Shown here in pieces: positions 56,847 through 64,000 of a stretch of DNA of 64,000 nucleotides. Source of the DNA: Leucoraja erinacea. Lineage: Eukaryota. The notes under the pieces are model-generated. The model worked only from the letters and a program-made list of their open reading frames with translations. It ran no database searches and was not told the DNA's origin. The stretch spans positions 20,460,001 through 20,524,000 of the forward strand of contig NC_073405.1 of assembly GCF_028641065.1 (NCBI RefSeq), written 5' to 3'. Positions within the stretch are counted from its first letter, which is position 1; each line of letters opens with the position of its first letter. The position numbers were made by a program, and so were the translations under genes.

Positions 56847-59800
56847 ATCTGCACCTGATCCAAGTTGAATGATGCTGGGAAGAGCCAAAGTGCCTGTTAA
56901 GTTTGCAGATCTGGAAGCCACACCAAAACCTGTGATCATGAAGCATTAGTTGAGAAAGCGGAAGCTAAACGTTCTCTTTCACTCCAAGTAATCTGATTGT
57001 TGGATTTCCTGACATTTTATTCCAAAGCTACTAGGATTTGATGGAAATTTACCTCACTATAAAGAACGTGGCCTTCAGAACAGTGGACTGTTAACACTGT
57101 TTTTCAATTTCTTGATGCAGTAAACATTGGTGTTGGGGTAACTCAGATTTCAGGCTTGAGCACCATGATCTTTGATTCGACAGTAGGGAGAAGTGATGAC
57201 TTACTCGTAGAGCACAAAGGGCAAACCCCAGGGTCCAGCCTCCTCTCCTTCTATGTTCCTCCAAGGTTTGGAATGTGTGGAATGTCCCTGAGTTTCTTAT
57301 TGGTTGCAATGTGTGTTGGGTGATTAACTGTCATTTGCTGTACTGGGGTTGTTATTTCCACATTGGGAGTCCAGCCATTCGTGAGGAGTGCTGGCTTGTT
57401 AGTGAGCTGGTTTTGTTGTATTGTTCTTTGCCTTTAGGACTTGAGTTTAAAGCCAGCCCAAATACACTGATAGTTTTTGCTAGCTGGCAAGGTAGTGTTT
57501 ATAGATTCTACTGCTCGTGTAGTGGCGAACATTTCCAATTGTTGAGCTGCTTGCATTGGTGGAGATTGAAGATTGATACCTGGCCAAGGACGCAGAGAAC
57601 TTCGAACTTTGTCGTGTGTGACACGTCCCTGCTGCCCCTGTTCTGATAATTGCCCAAATTGTCTGCTGCAAAGTGGAGTGCAATCCGTGCCTACTTAAAT
57701 ATTGGGTTCTGTTGTCTCTCCATCATCAAGAATTTAAAGTCCTTTGTCACAACATTTAACTAGATAGCCAAAGTCATGAGGGTGGGGATTGCTTCCTTGC
57801 TGTTGACCCCCTGCTGCCCAGCACTTTGCAGAACTGGCAGTGGAACAGGAGCAGCAATGGAGGTGGTTCTTGGCCACTTGACTATTAACAATCTCATCTA
57901 GTTGGCTTATTCAGTCAATCATCCCAATAACACAGACACAAAAAAAGCACATTGTGCAAATGGACCCTGCATCATTTGCACCTGGATTCAAATCCTGCAA
58001 CAATAATTAGAAGGTTCTTCTAATAATATTGTACAGATAATATTGTTTCTCCTTCCTCTTGCTCTCTAATTGGCCATTGTGAGTCCCTGCACAACACACA
58101 GGATGCCCATTTTAATGGGGACTCTAATTTTCTTTCTCCACTCACTGTCTCTCCCTCACTTCTCAGATCGATTCAGCAAAACCTAAACTGGTTTCCTGGA
58201 TTCATCATTGCACTAGTAGTGCACGGGAACTACATGCAGTGCACATGTAATTCACTGAAGTAACTGGGTGACAAATTGAATGGGGCATGTTAGTTAACTA
58301 CATCCACATCTCTTTTGCTTGCCTGTCTAAAAGCAGTGGATATAAAAAGGAAATTCCATCTTCAAATCACAGGTCTCTTGAAGGTTATGTCATTCCTACC
58401 TCAGGTTCTTAAAACCAAACAAATAAAAGTGGGTAATTATCTTTCAAGTAAGTTGGTGGGTAGTGAGTAACGGTGTCAGTGCGTTAATCGTCATTTTGTA
58501 AAATGGTCAGAAATGTTTATAAGTTTTGTGCAGAAAGACCTTTGCATTTGTGTTTAATCCTAAATAATACCCGTCAGGCCACCTGTTCCTTATCACACTA
58601 CTATTATATACCTTTTCCTGCATGAAATTGGCTGCTGTACTTATGACCTTGAGAAGGAACTTCAGAAGTACTTTCCAATCTGTAAAGTGTTTCAACCGAT
58701 TCTGGATCAATGGATGCCCCTTTATAAATGTAATTTACTTCTTCCATTTGATGTTGAATTGAGCCGGTGACCAGCAACCTGAAAGTTGCCTGGTCTCCTC
58801 CCGCATTGGATTGAATTCCGCCCTCCACATAGAAACATGGTTTGGGAACCCAGTGACTCAGGGGAATAAATGCCAGCTCCACTGTTGCTTGTCTTTGCTG
58901 CAATCAGATGCTTTATTTGGCTATACTGAATACGTATTAATTCCAGCACTTGCCTCCCATCCCACTCACTTTGAAATATATGCACTTTATTCCATCTCAG
59001 CTGTACAGCAAGGATCTTCCCACTTCCAGTCATCCTGCTGGTTCCACTGTTTGCATCCTTGTATCCCTATCATTAGCACATCTTCCCCAGCAATGGGCCA
59101 TTATGGACTCCACCCTTCCTGAGGTCATCTGCTGCTGGCCCTGTTTTGTTCTGTCTTTCAGTTTGAAGAAGGGTCCCGAAATTCCTCAGGTCATTTTGAA
59201 CTCACAGGCTTCTGTTGCCCTAGCTCACTTTAAAACCACTTACTGAAAAATGTATTATGCTAAATTTGTTACATGTAAAAATATTGCAGAATAACAGGGC
59301 AGTTATAGGCATTACATCCAATCATTTAGAAAATCTGAGAGTGCATCACCACCAGAGTCCAGAGGGTGCTGGATTATTTGAGAATTACTTTACTTTTTTG
59401 CAGCAAATGTGACATTTATAATTACTGGTACAGGTTTGGGGTATTTGGTGTGACTGATTTGCAGTATACACACTCACTTCACTGGACTTTGTCTCCTGTG
59501 TAGCTCTGGTTTGGTTTGTGATGGGACTGAGATGCCCTCGAATGCAGCAGCCGAGGCCACATCTGTGTACTTGAATATATAATTTCTAAATGTAACAACA
59601 TCCTAATGGGAAGTGACTTCTGAAGACGGCCTCTCTACAGTGAAGAATATGCAGGCTGTCCCACACAGGAGTCCTGGCACTTAGCCAATATACTCAGTTG
59701 GTGTGCCATTTTATTGCTACTGTTGCATTGAGATATCTCTGCGTCTTTAAAAGTGGTGGCATGCCTTGGCATCTACCTCCAACCAGATTCCTCAATCTAG

Positions 59801-62800
59801 TTCATGGTAACTGGTGAAGAATTGCACAGTTGTATCTGAGGGGAACTGGTTGATGTTGCATTGTTGGTCTTGGGTGGAGGTTTCTCCTTAACTGTTCAGT
59901 GTCAGCTGCACTTTGCACATGGTCTATGATCCTTTTCCTCTTGCCCCTCCCACCACCAAAGAAAATGGAGGAAGTGTGCAATCACAACAATGTTAGTGTA
60001 TAAATCGCATCTCTAAAAACTAATGACTGTTTAGAGCAATGCTAATTGTCAGTAGAGTTGTACTTGTATAACCATTCTGTATGTAAACACTCATATCCAG
60101 TAGTATAGCAATAACCTTCGAAAGGACTGTTACTTTACAATATCCATATGGTTCCATTATTCTGTGTAATCAATAATAGTCTTCATATAATCATTCTAGC
60201 ATAGCCAATGATAACGTAATCACTCCTAAATCTTTATCTAGATTTTGGTCATATAAACCATAATTTTTCATGTAGTCATTCTCTGGAAACTAGAACTACA
60301 TAATGTTGGAATTTCATTATTATGTTAATCTGCTGTAACTCTATTTTGGTTCATTTATATCTAGCTCACTTTTTAGTTTTAAAATGTATCTTGCAAGGTA
60401 GGTAACTGCGGCCATCAGTTTTAGACTGGAATGATTCTCAAAAATACAATGAGCTGATTTGGCATGTTCTTTGAATATAGTGGTTGTCAAGATTCCTGTA
60501 TCAAAGGATTTTGTTTTTTTTGTTTAGTTGTAGATATATGTAATAATCCATGGTCCCTGGATGGGGGACATATCTGATATTAAAATGACAAGAACAGACG
60601 CTATCCTTCATCTTAGTCAAGAGTGTTCAGATCCCTTATTGTGCTTCACCGCAATGATATATTAAATAAAATGCAAGTAGCTTGAACACTATTCTGAAGT
60701 GCTCATCAAAAACATTAGCACTTAACTTTGAGGGGAAAATACTCAAGATAGTTATGTTTATATCCAGCAGTGGATAGTCAGGGAATAGGAGAGGGAGCAC
60801 AAATGGAGGAAGAAGCACAGTTTAATGATTGCATAAGTCATGTTTGTGTAAAATATAAAGTTTTGTTTGGAGGGTTTTGGGACTATGATGAAAACTTATT
60901 TTGTTAAGTTTGCTGGATGAATGTACCACACTTGCTCAGGGTTATTTTTGATCATTGTTTGTAGATAGAAATCTGGTAAGCGGTGCCTTTTATAAAACTA
61001 TGCAATAACTTTATAAATGATTTTTGCAAGTTCCCACATTGGTCTGTGTTTAAATTGTATGTTCTGTGACTTTTGCCACAACCTCGTGACCACACTACTC
61101 CAGCAGACTCTCAGCATCCAAGAGACATCAACATCAACCAGCATCAACACTAGGATTTCTTAAAGGCGTAATGTCAATATTCAGCTCTTATGATTGAATT
61201 CATGTCTGTCTGGATCGGGCATGGCAACGGAAAGAGGAAATTGTTTGCCAGAAAGATCAAAACCAGCCAGCATGTTGGCATATACATCTGTGGGGAGCTG
61301 GGGAACCTTCTGCTGTAACCTTAGAACATCGAGTTGTGACGCATCAATAAACCCAAACACGACAACACATCCGATCACAGGTCCGATCAGCCTATTGTGC
61401 CTACACTACTATTTGAAGAACTACTTAATTACTTGTGACCTGCAGATGCTGCCTGTCCCGCTGAGTTACTCCAGCTTTTTGTATCTATCCCCTTACCCCA
61501 ATGTACCTTTTCCCAAGTATATCCTTTTACAAAATATCATCAAATCCATTTTGCAGCCCTTTCAGGAGGTGTGTTCTAGATCCATCTTGCTGCATTTAAA
61601 TATCTTCCCCTCCGAGTCTAGTCATTTATCTTAAATTTGTGTTTTCCTTGCTGGTGTGATCCCTGTGATTGAAAGGAAGGAAACATCATTGCAGGCTCCC
61701 ACTCTTCATCACAGTCCAATGATGTCAGCCCACTTGTTGGTGGCATTAATATCTGTTTCAATTTCAATGCCTCCCTCACATTTAGACACCAACTAGGTTG
61801 AAACAGTCTGCTATCAGGGGCTCCTGACTTTTTTTCTGAGCTATCAATTGGATTTTAGACAGTTTGCAGGAAAGTGGGGGATCCAGTTCAAGATTCCTCT
61901 CTCTACTCCTGCTGTTGGTGATCTTGAGTACAAGAGTGGAGATATCTTGCACCAAATGTAGAGCACTGGTGAGACAGTTTCCGGCATATCGGCTTTAGAT
62001 GTGTTCTCCCAACCTAAGTAGCTTCTTGATATTGGGTTTGTCAGGAAAGTGATGTTGAGGGTTATGGGCTTGTTGATTACAATGCAGATTTAGGAAGGCT
62101 GAGTGAACTACTGGTTGCCACTTCTGCAAGTGTCATATGTTTGGATGTGCTACTGTCATTCATTGAGTGCTGCTTGTCAATGCTCCCTAAAGCCACCTAT
62201 TCACTTGCTAGTGAAGATGAGCACCACTGCCTTGTATCTGCTCATGGTGAGGTGGAAGCATCTGTCTTCTGGTTGAAGCATGTGTTTCTTTAATCTCTCA
62301 GAATGTGGGGCGAGTTAAAATGAATTTAACTTTAGTCAATGTACACAAAGAAATACAAGCCATATGAACATACTGCAGTGAGTGTTACTTTATGACAGAG
62401 AGACTTTCCTTTTGAGGCTTCGATGGCTGACATTTGCTTTTTTTAAATTACCAATTTTCAGATTTGCTTCAATTTAGAGTTTATCAAGAGTGGTTGGAAT
62501 GTAGGAAGGGGAATAAGCCATTCTTGGTTGGCTTGATGGCTGTTCTAACATCAGTTAGATCTTGAATGACCTCTAGTCAAACTCATTTGCACCCCTCTGC
62601 ACGTATCTCTTTGTGCTCTCAGCAATTGAAAAGGTACCGTTCTCAGTTTTAGAAATTCTGATTGTATTTCAGCATTTATGACCCTTCAGAGAAGAGCATT
62701 CCAGATCTCTATTGTCCAGCACTTTATATCATAGATTGATACTAGACCAAGTGGGACCCGTTGGCTCCCATGTTCACACGGGAGGGCTGGTCCCCCGACG

Positions 62801-63074
62801 CAATATTGCACCTCTCCACCAATTCCAATATTGGTGGGGTGACCAGTGGGGGGGGGGGGGGGGGGGGGGGGAGCTTTCCGGAGCGCTGGCATGGGTGTTG
62901 TTGGCTGCAGGGACTACTGGTCTTCAGAGGGCTAGTATGGACATTGTGGGCCAAATTGATTCTTGGTGTGGCAGCTCAGTCCTTCTAGCCTGATGTGCTG
63001 GCAGCTCACTCACGGCTGGTGGGCTGGCAGTTGACTCACGGCTATTCCTTGAAATTCCATTTCAAGCATAGTGC

Positions 63075-63405
63075 TAGGCCACCAAATTCAAATCCATTTT
63101 CCTACCATTTCAAGCAGGGTGCAAGGCACCAAATTCAAGTGCAGTTTCTTACCTCTTCGAGCAGGGTGCAAGGCCACAACATTCAAGTGCAGTTTCATAC
63201 TGTTTCAAGCAGAGTGCAAGGCCACCAAATTCAAGTGCAGTTTCATACCATTTCAAGGAGGGTGCAAGGCCACCAAATACAAATGCAGTTTCATACCATT
63301 TCTTGCAGGGTGCAACGACACCACAGTCAAATGCAGTTTCATACCATTTTGTGCAAGGCCACCACATTCAAATGCATTCATACTATTTCAAGCAGGGTGA
63401 AAGCA
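63075..63405. repeat. 48-bp tandem repeat, ~7 copies
   Basis: AAGGCCACCAAATTCAAGTGCAGTTTCATACCATTTCAAGCAGGGTGC. Confidence 0.9.
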
Positions 63406-63792
63406 CCATAAAAACCACCATAAAACTACACAAAATCCACACTCACAGTTCAGTAGACATTCAGTGTGTTCAGTTGATTCACAGCTCAGACAGAGTCATG
63501 ACCTCTCCCTACCCCATTCATGCAGAGACTGAGCCACACCCACACTTCCGGGTTTTATAATCCTCCCCCCACACACCGGAAAAGGTGTGGCCTTCATGGC
63601 GTGATTGACAGGAGAGAGATTCTCAACATTTCTTAAACACTAATAACACGTTTGTTTTTCATTGATGGGAAGAATCCTCTGCATCTGATGAGCAGAGGGG
63701 AACTGAGTAAGATGGCCAAAAATCACAGCCGTTAATGGTAGCGTTTTATCTAAAATCAATATAGTGCAAACAGGAAGTTGTCAAGTTTAGAC

Positions 63793-64000
63793 AAACAACC
63801 ATTTACAGGAGTGCCTTTTTCACTTCAACCCAAACCCCCCCCAAACAACCATTTGCAGGCAGTGCCTTTTCACTTCAACCCAACCTCCCCCAAACAACCA
63901 TTTGCAGGCAGTGCCTTTTCACTTCAACCCAAACCCCCCAAACAACCAATTGCAGGCAATGCCTTTTCACTTCAACCCAAACAACCATTTGCAGGCAGTG
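63793..64000. repeat. ~48-50 bp tandem repeat, at least 4 copies
   Basis: AAACAACCATTTGCAGGCAGTGCCTTTTCACTTCAACCC plus a variable C-rich spacer. Confidence 0.9.

Larger units (their letters stand above)
62742..64000 (-). mobile_element. Probable non-autonomous Helitron 3' portion (runs off the window)
   Basis: Minus strand ends with hairpin TGGGAGCCAACGGGTCCCA, 6 nt, CTAG then host T; internal tandem arrays. Confidence 0.55.

Noticed and set aside
62995-63411. 138-aa and 109-aa repetitive ORFs
   Set aside because: Open frames arise from the 48-bp tandem repeat; no splice or homology support

Overview
Vertebrate genomic DNA, most likely from a cartilaginous fish (inferred from the CR1, V-SINE and Penelope repeat landscape; species not determinable here). 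Three spliced genes were reconstructed by hand from GT-AG boundaries and reading phase: PTBP1 (minus strand, 15 coding exons, 34580->9194, 553 aa, ~3 kb 3'UTR), WDR55 (minus, 8 coding exons, 48876->37400, 374 aa) and VMAC (plus, 2 exons, 55873->56846, 183 aa). The rest is mostly CR1-like LINEs, tRNA-derived V-SINEs, Penelope-like (GIY-YIG) remnants, a Rex1/Babar fragment, a young poly(A)-tailed insertion with a TSD, a G-rich minisatellite abutting VMAC and a probable Helitron end. Most notable: (1) a dispersed family of Penelope-derived repeats carrying minimal hammerhead-ribozyme cores, with intact copies in sense orientation inside PTBP1 and WDR55 introns and inverted pairs around WDR55 exon 2; (2) the complete PTBP1 exon-11 NMD switch (328-nt AG-free zone, distant TACTGAC, RBFOX motifs); (3) candidate unannotated PTBP1 exons (a 3-nt ATG microexon and a 43-nt poison exon); (4) a cluster of neural and muscle miRNA seed matches in the PTBP1 3'UTR. 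No database search or folding calculation was run; homology calls are from recalled protein sequences and repeat boundaries are approximate.
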